53,353 nt of DNA from positions 1 to 53,353 of the forward strand of contig NW_021834007.1 of NCBI RefSeq assembly GCF_006345805.1, in the 5' to 3' direction. The notes beneath the pieces are model-generated. The model made no database searches and had not been told where the DNA came from. It saw only the letters and a list, made by a program, of their open reading frames with translations. Every line of letters begins with the position of its first letter. Position 1 is the stretch's first letter. Positions 27,560-39,579 of the stretch are shown here, one piece after another. Position numbers and translations under genes: made by a program. This DNA comes from Octopus sinensis (lineage: Eukaryota).

Positions 27560-27872
27560 TACAAGGGTGAGTTGAAAAGTAATGCCATTTTGTTCAGGAC
27601 AGGTATAATTACCAACACAGTAACATGTGTCATACAGCAAAATGAAGCTGGTCCTCTGTGGATCACATCCCTACTTCTCAACATAGTCACCGTTTCTCTC
27701 AATAGCAGTGTTCCACCTTTGAATGAGAACATGTATCTCTGCCCCATAAAATTCTGTTGACTGCTCTTTGAGTCAATTCTTCACTACAGTTTTCACTTCC
27801 TAATCACTGGACTATCATCTCTTCGGCCCCATGAAAAAGGGTTCGTGAGGCAAACATTATTCCAGTGATGAG
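27560..27872. mobile_element. Rearranged mariner transposon remnant
   Basis: TIR-like TACAAGGGTGAGTTGAAAAGTAATGCC. Minus strand encodes EVKTVVKN*LKEQSTEFYGAEIHVLIQRWNTAIERNGDYVEK*; a plus-strand piece encodes DYHLFGPMKKG. Confidence 0.75.
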
Positions 27873-28285
27873 GATCTTGAAATAGAAATTAGCAAAATGT
27901 AGAACCTGAAGACTAAAGCAATACCTGTTGTCATAGGTGCCTAGGAATGATAGCAAAAGGGGCTGATTCCTACCTAGCTCAGAAACCAGGAAACCCAAAA
28001 TTGGCAGATAGTGCTCATGGGACCTGCCCATATCCTACGAAAAACACTGTCTATGTAATCTCAAATTTTAAAACAAATATAATTTTCTTATGGTTTCTTA
28101 AACATTCACTAGTACAACTCTAAGTACAAAACCAAATATATGAAACCCTAGGCATAACTCCAACATGAACTTCCAACTTGTTGTCTCTTAAGGTCTCTGG
28201 GTGAGACTCGGAGTCAACTTATACAAACATAAAGCAAAAGTCAAACATGAAATAATAATAATAATAATAATAATAATAGTAATAA
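27873..28285 (+). mobile_element. 3' end of an R4/Dong-like RLE LINE with an (AAT)n tail
   Basis: DLEIEISKM*NLKTKAIPVVIGA/LGMIAKG...IVLMGPAHILRKTLSM*, then a 3' UTR and (AAT)n. Confidence 0.72.
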
Positions 28286-28367
28286 TAAAAATAATCCTTT
28301 CTATTATAGGCACAGTTCTTCCTTGTGCCACTGGGGTAGCCAAGTATCTCCTCTGGTCCCCACATAC

Positions 28368-28400
<33 letters not shown>

Positions 28401-28709
28401 ATATATATATTATATATATGTGTGTGTTGTGTGTGTGTGTGTGTATATTTAAAGGGCTAAAAACCACTAGGTGGTCAGTCATATGCTAGAAGTAGATCAC
28501 CTACAATCATACTACAAAGGAAAGAATGTTCTCTAGAGAAAATCTAGCTTATGGCTGACCACATAGTGGTGTTTAGCCCTTTAAATATACATATGTATTA
28601 GAATTTTCTCTGATTTTTCAGATTTCTGTATGCTAGGCTACTGGTTTTAAATTGATGTTAATTAAATTAATATTCAATTTATCTCCCTCATTATTTAAAT
28701 TTTATATAT

Positions 28710-29015
28710 ATCATCATCATCGTCGTTTAACGTCCGTTCTCCATGCTAGCATGGGTTGGACGGTTCGACCGGGGTTCTGGGAAGCCAGAAGGCTGCACCA
28801 GGCTCCAGTCTAATTTGGCAATGTTTCTACAGCTGGATGCCCTTCCTAACGCCAACCACTCCGTGAGTGTAGTGGGTGCTTTTTACGTGCCACCTGCACA
28901 GGTGCCAGGCGGGGCTGGCAACGGCCACGGTCAGATTGGTGTATTTTATGTGCCACCGGCACGGAAGCCAGTCGATGCGGTGCTGGCATCGGCCACGAGT
29001 CGGATAGTGCTTTTA
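28710..29015 (-). mobile_element. Retroposon with an RTE-like 3' tail, same family as 26500
   Basis: High identity to 26500-26780. Confidence 0.7.
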
Positions 29016-29027
29016 TATATATATAAA

Positions 29028-30259
29028 ACGTGACTGTTGGCCGAAATCTGCCTTTCAGCTCCTGACCCTCGTCGTGTTAACATCGTTGTTCTTCGTCCGC
29101 CGCTATAAAGGCTTTTTCCAATGCGCCAGAGAAAAAATGTGTTTGCTTGTTATCAGTCGTAAGACACTTGTTGTTTTCACCGTTAATGCTTCTGTATTTC
29201 ATGTTTCTGTATTCCATTATGTTTTTTGTTTTTTTATATCTGTCCCTTTTGCTGTCCTGGTGTTCGTATGCATTCGATCCTTCTTCCAGGAAATCTACGC
29301 TTCCAGCTTAGTTTTTCTTGGAGGGCTGGCCGTGATCTAGTAATCTCAAGATTAATCAGCCGAAATTACTACGATGATCCGGTCTTGACTGAAGACTGAG
29401 GGGTTCGAATGTCCTGTCCATGTTTATTGTATCGTCTTCTATGAGTTATACGTTCTTGTCCATGTTGTATTTTTCTACATACCTTAACATATATTCCAGG
29501 CGCCCCGTACCCCCTTTATCATTAATGTGAACACATATTCTTAATAATTGGTACGACTCTCTGTTGTCTCTCTCTCTCTCTCTCATTTTTACTTTCTCTC
29601 TATTCATCTTCTCTTTCCTCTGATCCTTTGGTCTAGTCTTCCACTACCCTCCTATTTCTTTGTCTCGCTCTGCACTCACAGGTCATTCTTCGACACCCAT
29701 CCTTCTCCTCTCTGATTCCTTCTTTCTCTCTCTTCTCTCTCTTTGTTGCGTTTTGTCCCCCTTTTCTCTCTCTCTCTTCTTTTCTTTTCCCTCTTCTCTG
29801 TCACGTGACTGTTGGCCGAAATCTGCCTTTCAGCTCCTGACCCTCGTCGTGTTAACATCGTTGTTCTTCGTCCGCCGCTATAAAGGCTTTTTCCAATGCG
29901 CCAGAGAAAAAATGTGTTTGCTGTTATCAGTCGTAAGACACTTGTTGTTTTCACCGTTAATGCTTCTGTATTTCATGTTTCTGTATTCCATTATTGTTTT
30001 TTGTTTTTTTATATCTGTCCCTTTTGCTGTCCTGGTGTTCGTATGCATTCGATCCTTCTTCCAGGAAATCTACGCTTCCAGCTTAGTTTTTCTTGGAGGG
30101 CTGGCCGTGATCTAGTAATCTCAAGATTAATCAGCCGAAATTACTACGATGATCCGGTTCTTGACTGAAGACTGAGGGGTTCGAATGTCCTGTCCATGTT
30201 TATTGTATCGTCTTCTATGAGTTATACGTTCTTGTCCATGTTGTATTTTTCTACATACC

Positions 30260-30260
<1 letters not shown>
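29028..30260. repeat. Two ~460-bp direct repeats (period 775 bp) around a pyrimidine-rich spacer; transposon-like, class uncertain
   Basis: 29028-29490 and 29803-30260 differ by only a few small indels. Confidence 0.85.
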
Positions 30261-30306
<46 letters not shown>

Positions 30307-31125
30307 ACTTTCTCTCTCTCTCTCTCTCTCACCCTTTCCCTCTCCCCTCCTCTCTTTCGAGTGACCTACTTCTCATCGTAATTGAACGCACCAAAGAATT
30401 ACAGATGAAATTTCAGACATTGAAGGAAAAAGAAAGAAAAATACTTAAAATTCAAAAAAAAAAATAGGTCTTCAAGCAAACACACCAAGGAACACTGGAA
30501 CCGACACTGAAACATGTGGTAAGACATGTTGGGGACCATAACATGTGGCACTGGAAAATCAGTCACAAAAATTATGATAAGGATCAGTGGTGAAGGGCAT
30601 GGATGTGTTGGTGGTGGAAGTGATAATGAAGCTTTGTGGTACATAGGGGTTGTATGTGAGAATGCTAACGTGAGAACAAAAGGGAGATTATCAACATTGT
30701 CATATAAAAGAGTAGGTTACGAGTTATTCCCCTTATTTCTTTGTTTTTGTTTTTGTTTGCGCCAAATTCCGATACACATATTGTTGTCTTCTTTTATTTT
30801 TCCCTTCATTTTCTGATTTAATTGAAATCAAAGGCAGGAAGGTTTAGTGGCTATCGAACCGCCATCACAATCATCCATATTGCCAACACCATCATTTTCA
30901 TCATCATCGTCGTCATCATCCTCATCATTTTCGTCATTATCATCATCTTTATTGTCATCATCAACATCATGAGACATACCTTCAAATCTGAGCTGATGTC
31001 AAATAACTTTAATTGTTAACTGGTTTGTGTTCAAGCTGAATCATCGTCTGTGTATGTGTTTAAAATATGTATTCATCTAACCCATGCTAACATGGAAAAA
31101 TGGATGTAAAAGAAACGAATATACA

Positions 31126-31535
31126 TACTCTTTACTCTTTTACTTGTTTCAGTCATTTGACTGTAACCATGCTGGAGCACCGCTTTTAGTCGAGCAAATC
31201 GACCCCAGGACTTATTCTTTCTAAGCCTAGTACTTATTCTATCGGTCTCTTTTGCCGAACTGCTAAGTTACGGGGACGTAAACACACCAGCATCGCTTGT
31301 CAAGCGATGTTGGGGGGACAAACACAGACGCACAAACATATACACACACACATACATACATAGATATATATACGACGGGCTTCTTCCAGTTTCCGTCTAC
31401 CAAATTCACTCACAAGGCTTTAGTCGGCCCGAGGCTATAGTAGAAGACACTTGCCCAAGGTGCCACGCAGTGAGATTGAACCCGGAACCATGTGGTCGGT
31501 AAACAAGCTACTTACCTCACAGCCACTCCTACGCC
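31126..31535 (-). mobile_element. Full-length composite SINE
   Basis: Same family as 25512-25938. Confidence 0.88.
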
Positions 31536-32111
31536 ATGTGTGTATATACTGACACAAATTTCCCTCAAGTATTTGACTGATGGATACACATGATTGATAA
31601 GCTCCAAGAAGAGTGACACTTGACTTATGTTCTTTTTAGTCACTCTTACAATGGTGTTTAACTCACACCAATATACAAGGTTGTATCAAAAAGTTCCCAG
31701 ACTAGTTGTTCTGTAGCGCACCAACAGGTGGCAGCATACATTTGCGTATGCAAAGGGAGCTAGCAGTGCCATTCATGAGGCAGTGTGCTGGGTGTCATCA
31801 CTGTTTAATTCACAAAATTTTCTTGTGTTTTCTTAAACATTCTCTAGAACAACACCATGTACAAAACCAAATATATACACCATACACACATATATATGCG
31901 TAAATATGCAAATGTATGTTTATACAAGGCACAAGGGTAATTTTTATTAAGGATGGAATTACCTTTGACTGAATGAAACCCTGCAGTTTATTACTGGTAT
32001 TCATTTATTGACCCACAAAAGTTGTGAATGGTAAAGCTAACCTGACCTCAGCAGGTGTTCGTGTCAAAGACAGAGACTCAATACTGAGTCATACAAGAAA
32101 TTAAATTAAAT

Positions 32112-32358
32112 GAGCTCATCAGAACTGCTCATATCCTACACAAAATACTTTCTATGTAATCTCAAGTTTTAAAACAAACATAATTTTCTTATGGTTTCTT
32201 AAACATTCTCTAGTACAACACTAAGTACAAAACCAAATATATGGCACCCTAGGAATAACACCAACATGAACTTCCAACTTGTCTCTTGAGGTCTCTGGGT
32301 GAGACTTGGAGCCAACTTGTACAAATGTAAAGCAAAAGTCAAACATAGAATAATAATC

Positions 32359-32398
<40 letters not shown>

Positions 32399-32400
32399 CA
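32112..32400 (+). mobile_element. Second, shorter R4/Dong-like 3' end with an (AAT)n tail
   Basis: LIRTAHILHKILSM* followed by a UTR closely similar to 28050-28260. Confidence 0.7.
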
Positions 32401-33020
32401 ACAACAACAGTAATAGTTTAAATTTATTACTTCATAAAGCGTTATGCAAGAAATAACGATCTGTATTTTAGTATCCAGGAACATTTATCACAATGGCATT
32501 GGTGTAATTTGAACTTGCAATACAGAGGTTTAAAGAAGATATAAGTCTGTTTTTGTTTTTTTAATCCATTCAGTACTTTTATTAAGACTAGTAGAAATAA
32601 CATTTAATTATTTGTACATTAACACAAGTCCATTGACATTATCAAAATATTAATAGTAATAATAATAATAATAATAATAAAATAATAATAATAATAATAA
32701 AATAATAATAATAATAACAACACAACAACAGTAATAGTTTAAATTTATTACTTCATAAAGCGTTATGCAAGAAATAACGATCTGTATTTTAGTATCCAGG
32801 AACATTTATCACAATGGCATTGGTGTAATTTGAACTTGCAATACAGAGGTTTAAAGAAGATATAAGTCTGTTTTTGTTTTTTTAATCCATTCAGTACTTT
32901 TATTAAGACTAGTAGAAATAACATTTAATTATTTGTACATTAACACAAGTCCATTGACATTATCAAAATATTAATAGTAATAATAATAATAATAATAATA
33001 AAATAATAATAATAATAATA
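32395..33020. repeat. Tandem duplication, period 321 bp, bounded by (AAT)n
   Basis: 32410-32655 is repeated at 32731-32976 with no difference seen. Confidence 0.9.
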
Positions 33021-33416
33021 ATATTTGTGGTGGGGTTTTTTTATTGGCCTCAAGGGCCACATACATAGAAAAAAATTTAAGGCTTACAATACGTGAGCAG
33101 GAGTACATATACAATAAACAAATTGAGACAGCAAGTAACATAATATAAAATGAAATAATAATAATAATAATAATATTTATAACACCAGTAATAATAAACA
33201 TCATTTTTGTGTCTTTATTTCCCACAGGGGCAATGAAACTGACAACACTACGGTACAATACTGTTGTAGTAGGTGATTGCGTGTGTATATTAGTGTACAT
33301 AAATATGTATATGTGTGTTTATATATATGCGTGTGTGTATGCATATACTTGTATGTATGCATATATATAACTTTCTCTCTCTCTCTCTTACTCTCTCTGT
33401 TTATTTTCTCTTATTC

Positions 33417-33452
33417 CTTTCTGCTGAAGAGCATAGGCTCGAAACATAAAAG
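33417..33452 (+). ncRNA. Degenerate hammerhead motif, same repeat family as the copy at 5081
   Basis: CTTT-CTGCTGA-A-GAGC-ATAG-GCTC-GAAAC-AT-A-AAAG; downstream sequence is similar to 5116-5200. Confidence 0.4.
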
Positions 33453-34252
33453 ATTTTCTTATTTTTCCAGAGTGTCAAACTAATACACTTGCTTGTTGTT
33501 CATACAGCAGTCTTCGTCTTTTGTTTTTCTATAAATTTCAACCAATTATATATATATATATATTTATCTTTATATGTATGCATACACACACATACATACA
33601 TATTTACATATACACATACACCACACACACATATACATATATATATATGTGTATATATACATATGTATGTTTATATAAGGCACAAGGGTAATTTTTATTA
33701 AGGATGGAATTACCTTTGACTGAATGAAATCCCGCAGTTTATTACTGGTATTCATTTACTGACCCACAAAAGTTGTGAATGGTAAAGCTGACCTGACCTG
33801 ACCTCAGCAGGAGTTCATACCAAAGACAGCAACTCAATTCTAAGTCATACAAGAAATTAAATTCTAGTTCTCAGCTTCTCATTGTCAAGAATTAAATAAT
33901 TTGCTGAGATTTTTTTTTGTGGTGAGGGACTTAAATCCTAAATAGAATGCCAATGCCTGTGTTACACTTGCAGGGGTCTCAGTACTTGTAGTTGATTGCG
34001 TGTGTGGGTTTTCAACCCTGAAAAGATGTATGACAAAGTCAGCCCCCAACAGAATTTGAACCCAGAATGTGAAGACACACAGAGGGCTGCTTAGTGATTT
34101 TTTCCAGCATGCTAATGATTCTACCAGCCTGTCACCTTAATAATGATGATAATTATAATTATAATAATAAGGATTATTATGAGGATTATGATTTCATTAA
34201 AATGGTATTTGGTCAGATTTTGCTAGAAACAAAGAAATATTATCAAACAAAT

Positions 34253-34667
34253 AGGCGCAGGAGTGGCTGTGTGGTAAGTAGCTTGCTAACCAACCACATG
34301 GTTCCAGGTTCAGTCCCACTGCATGGCACCTTGGGCAAGTGTCTCCTACTATAGCCTCGGGCCGACCAAAGCCTTGTGAGTGGATTTGGTAGACGGAAAC
34401 TGAAAGAAGCCTGTCGTATATATGTATATATATATGCGTATGTGTGTTTGTGTGTCTGTGTTTGTCCCCCTAGCATTGCTTGACAAGCGATGCTGGTGTG
34501 TTTATGTCCCCGTTAGTTAGCGGTTCTGCAAAAGAGACCGATAGAATAAGTACTGGGCTTACAAAGAATAAGTCCTGGGGTCGAGTTGCTCGATTAAAGG
34601 CGGTGCTCCAGCATGGCCGCAGTCAAATGATTGAAACAAGTAAAAGAGTAAAAGAGAGTAAAGAGTA
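34253..34667 (+). mobile_element. Full-length composite tRNA/CORE-type SINE
   Basis: GGCGCAGGAGTGGCTGTGTGG head, GGTTCAGTCCC B-box-like motif, central TA/TG microsatellite and (AAAGAGT)n tail. Confidence 0.9.
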
Positions 34668-34764
34668 AATCAGCTAACCCCCATTGTATTACCAGTACCA
34701 TTTGCTGTTGTTGTTGTTGTTGTTGTTTCTTATTGACCCCCCCCCATCCTTTTGCAACAAGCGG

Positions 34765-34810
<46 letters not shown>

Positions 34811-35061
34811 TAGATTCAAATCTTGGCGTGAGGCCAGCAATTTTGAAGTGGGGGGGGTGTTAGGTAAATTACATTAACACCTTGCGCCACCCCGCTCTGG
34901 TACTCAAACGATACTTTATTTTATTTTAGCGGTGCCCCAAAAAGATAGAAGGCAAAAGTTGTCCTTGGTAGAGTTTGAACTCAGAATGTAAAGATTTGGA
35001 AGAAATACGGCAAAGCACTTCGGATCATCTGAAAACCCTGACAAACCCATAATGATAATAA

Positions 35062-35117
<56 letters not shown>

Positions 35118-35194
35118 GTATGAAATTTCAGCGTAAGGCCAGCAACAATGACAATAATAATGATAATAATAATAGTGATAATGATAATAATAGC

Positions 35195-35242
<48 letters not shown>

Positions 35243-35414
35243 AATAATAATAATTTCTTACATTGGCGCAAGGCCAAAAGTTTTGTGGGGGAAGGAAACA
35301 GTCAAATAAATCATCCCAGTACATGACTGGTACTTTATTCTATCGACCCCAGAAGGATGAAATGCAAAATTTGCCTCTGCGGGATTTGAACCCAGAACGT
35401 AAATAATAATAATG

Positions 35415-35455
<41 letters not shown>

Positions 35456-35593
35456 TATAATTATAACAATGATATTAATATAGATCATGATAATGTGAAA
35501 TGTTTGGGTTTTTTTTTGCTATCTGCATCAAATGCAAGATGTGGAAGTGTTTAATTAATTTAAAAATTAACAGTTTTTAGTTAATTAACACCC

Positions 35594-36759
35594 TCAAACA
35601 TATGACGACCCATTGTCAACGTGATAAGGGGGAGGCAGTCTGTAAGGGGGCGGTGGTTGAGAATATGTGTTGCCGTAAGTCGCATTTTCATTTCCGTAAA
35701 TATCTTCGTCTGATGGATACTCCTGTTCGTCAAAAGTGGACGGCTGATAGGGTAAACCGATCTGTGGCGAAAATTTGCGACGCCCACTTGATTTGGGTTT
35801 ACCGTCTCCCGGAAGAATCACTGCCCGTTTCGATCGGATCGCTTTGTCCTTTTGCGCTTGTTCCCTGTGAAACATTACGGGGTCTTGGTCCTCGAATGAA
35901 TGCCGCTGTTCTTTCGGTTTACTTTTTTCTTTGTTCTGCTTCCGACTGCAGATTAACAATATGATGACGACTATGAAGATAGCAATTGCCACGGCGATAA
36001 CGGTCGGAATGATGGCTTCCGCCCACGGATCAACATCGACCATCCCACCCGCTTCGCTTGGTTCCGATACATCTTGACATGCGCCTTTCATTTGGAACTC
36101 AACACTGGTAACTTTGTACTTGGGAGACATGTATTTGCTGAACTTTGGGTTGATGTAACCCCTGTAGTCGACAACCTTTTGTTTCACTTCATGTATGGTC
36201 GCATTATCACAGCGATCGGTAGGGATACTATTATTGGTCCATGTTACAATCAGGGAACCCGGTCGAGCATCCAAAACAGTGATATAGTTTGAATCTTTGT
36301 CACCGAAATAACCCGACAGCTTTTTAATTAGATTTTTGAATTTTCTACGATCATTTAGAAACCGCCTTCCATTCACATCGAATCTCATAATGAATTCTTG
36401 CGTCGGCAATGAATCGGTATCAGTGTAATTTATATAAATCAAGATTATATCCTGTGCTATTTTGCCGCCCTGATCTATAGCATTTATGGTTATCTCAACA
36501 GGACTATCTTTCACATCCCTCGGCAGTGGTAGGCCAGAAAAGGTTTGTTTAGCTTCATCAAATTGTACCCAAGATTGAGAATAAGTCGGAGGTTTGTATG
36601 AATCCCATCTGAAAGCAATGTCCAGAGTTAAATCCTTTGTGGACCCATCTTCAAGATCGTTGAAAGTATTTTCTGGTATCTTGAATTCAAAATTTTTCCC
36701 AGCAAAAGCATAGATTTTGCCAATTGGATTGATGACATCTGGAGCCATATTTGTGTGTT
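35594..36759 (-). CDS. DAG1: Dystroglycan coding exon 4: CADG-2, SEA domain with alpha/beta cleavage site, TM helix and cytoplasmic tail with two PPxY motifs; stop TGA
   Basis: Acceptor ttttatttctcattgcag|AA, phase 1. APDVINPIGKIYAFAGKNFEFKIPENTFNDLEDG is CADG-like. ARPG|SLIVTWTNNSIPTDRC parallels human RG|SIVVEWTNNTLPLEPC. TM IIPTVIAVAIAIFIVVIILLIC; ends PPPPYRLPPPYHVDNGSSYV*. Confidence 0.95.
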
Positions 36760-36854
36760 CTGCAATGAGAAATAAAATATATATTACATTTTATATGTGT
36801 ATATACAAACATTATATATATATATTTTATATTATGCTTAAAAGTGAGGCATAA

Positions 36855-37552
36855 GATTGTGGTTTCAATTCCTGGACAGGGCGACGTGTTGTGTTCTTGA
36901 GCAAAACACTTCATTTCACATTGCCACAGTCCACTCTGCTGGCAAAAATGAGTAACGCAGCGATGGACTGGTGTCCCGTCCAGCTGGGGAACACATACGC
37001 CATGGAAACCAGGAAACTGGGCCCATGAGCCTAGCTAGGTTTTAAAAGGGCGGAAGTGGAGGTGCATGGCTTAGTGGTTAGGGTATCAGCATCATGATTG
37101 TAAGATTGTGGTTTCGATTCCTGGACCGGGCGATGCGTTGTGTTCTTGAGCAAAACACTTCATTTCACATTGCCACAGTCCACTCTGCTGGCAAAAATGA
37201 GTAACGCAGCGATGGACTGGTGTCCCGTCCAGCTGGGGAACACATACGCCATGGAAACCAGGAAACTGGGCCCATGAGCCTAGCTAGGTTTTAAAAGGGC
37301 GGAAGTGGAGGTGCATGGCTTAGTGGTTAGGGTATCAGCATCATGATTGTAAGATTGTGGTTTCGATTCCTGGACCGGGCGATGCGTTGTGTTCTTGAGC
37401 AAAACACTTCATTTCACGTTGCTCCAGTCCACTCAGCTGACAAAAACAAGTAACGCTGAGATGGTCCGGCGTCCCGTCCAGCTGGGGAACACATACGCCA
37501 TAGAAACTGGGAAACTGGGCCCATGAGCCTGGCTAGGCTTTAAAAGGGCGCA
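36855..37552 (+). repeat. Three head-to-tail 249-bp SINE units filling DAG1 intron 3
   Basis: GATTGTGGTTTC at 36855, 37104 and 37353; the Pol III head GGAGGTGCATGGCTTAGTGGTTAGGG lies at the junctions. Confidence 0.9.
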
Positions 37553-37600
37553 TTTATTATTTTTTTTTTTATATTATAGAGGTAAGAGGGGTGTACTTAC

Positions 37601-39478
37601 TCGGTTTTTTGTCATATTCCTGTCCTGGTTTACGTTGCTTCTTCTTTGTTGTTTTACGGGTCCTTGCTGTTGTCATTTCAGGAGTAAATTCCTGTGTATA
37701 CCATTTTGGAATCTGTTTGGTTACAAAATAATCTTCGGTTGGAACCCAATTAGAATCAGTTTTTTCTGTTGTGGTATATGAATCAACAGTCTTTGTGTGC
37801 TCGACTGGGAACTGAGAAGAGGTTCTCGTCGCTGATTCTCGTGTTTTACATCCATACCCTGAAACACAGCTGGTAGAAGAAGGTTTGGGTCGTTCAGGAA
37901 CGGCGGTAAAGTCATAGTCTTTGCTTTTTCCGACTCCTGCTGTTGTCGGAAACACTACTACCGGTGTTGAATAGAGTCGTGTCGATTCAAGGACTGAATC
38001 TACATCTTTCGTTTTCAATACGTGGTGAGTCATTGATGAGGATGAAGGCTGGTGCCGTTCGCTGCTGCGAGACGGCAGCAGGATGGGAGAGGAAGAAGAG
38101 ATCATGTCTTGCCGTTGAGATGATAATCTATGCAGCATCGATGTTAAGTTCTGCCTATGACTGCTGATGTCTCTGCTTGCAATTGGCAAACGACTTTCAG
38201 ACGAACCAGGCATTAAAGTCGAATAATCACTTCTATGTGAAGACGGCCTGAGGTCTGTGTACATATGATCAAATGTGTGAGTACGTGATGGTTTGGGGTA
38301 GAAACTGGATGATGATGTTGGTCTAATTTGTTCTGATGACCGATCGACTCTTTTATGTGATGGCTTAACTCCTGTCGATAAAAGATCAACTGATTTGGTC
38401 GATGGCTTAATTTCTGATGACGTTTCAACTCTGCCGTGTGATGGTCTAACATGTAAAGACGAATAAGTCATGCTGAGTGATGGTTTAATGCTCATAGGAT
38501 GATCTGATCTATGGTACGACTGATCAACCGAATGTTTAAGAGGTACAGACGAGTGTTCGTGCCTTTCGGATGATTCGTGTCCAGTAGACGGATGGAAAGA
38601 AGATGAAGAAGGAATTTGACTCCTTGATTTATTGATTTTATATGATTGAGATTGACTGATATGAGAATGTATTACACTGCTGACTGGGAATTTCAAGTGG
38701 ACAGAAGACTGATCAACGCTGCTAAATGGCTTAAACACTGTAGAACTGGAACCATCAAGTGTCGGGAATGGTTGACTATACAGAGAAGAATGGTTACTGA
38801 TATGTGATGGCTTAAGACCAATGGATGTCTCGTTGACTTTAAGAGATGGTTGATGTATTATATGCGACTGACCACTGCTATGAACTGGCTTAATATCAAC
38901 ATAAGAGTGGCCACTTCTACTCTGGGATGGTTCCACATGTACGGAAGAGGATCGACCATCAATTCGTGAGTCCACTTCAGAATGACCACTTTTGCTACCC
39001 GATGGCTGAAGAGATACTGAAGAATGACCACCAATCTGTGAATCTATATAAGAATGACCACTCAAAATATGTGTTGGTGATGGTCTTACTGGTACTGAAG
39101 AAGAAGAATCTCTGGAACTCTGTGATGGTTTATGTGATGAAGACATGGTAACAAGCGGTAATTCAATTGATGTCAATAAGTCAATGGGGACCATTCCACT
39201 CGGCCAAATGACTGGAGACACAGTACTCAAGGTTGGCGTTACCGTTTCCTCATATGTCGTACTTTGCGGAATGTTCCGTATTGTAATTTCACTCTCTTCG
39301 AAATAAAACGTGTTCGTGTCCGTCTGGTCAACATACAGGGTCTTCACAACTGGTGTGGATCCTCCAATGATGCTGCTCTCTGATGGCTTCAGTGTTATTT
39401 CTGATGTAGTATCTTCATCTTCATCAATTTCTTCATCACCAGATCCAGACCCAGACCCTGAACCATAATAATCCAGAT
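37601..39478 (-). CDS. DAG1: Dystroglycan coding exon 3: Ser/Thr/His/Pro-rich mucin-like segment with an N-terminal Ser-Gly cluster
   Basis: Acceptor ttttcctcttcctttaatcatgcag|AT and donor CCGA|GTAAGT. 1878 nt open frame, phase 1 at both ends, in frame with exons 2 and 4. Confidence 0.88.
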
Positions 39479-39579
39479 CTGCATGATTAAAGGAAGAGGA
39501 AAATGAATAAATAAAAATCAATTCATTAAAATCATTTTACACTTTAAACTGTATTAATGACTCTTCATATCATTCCAGT

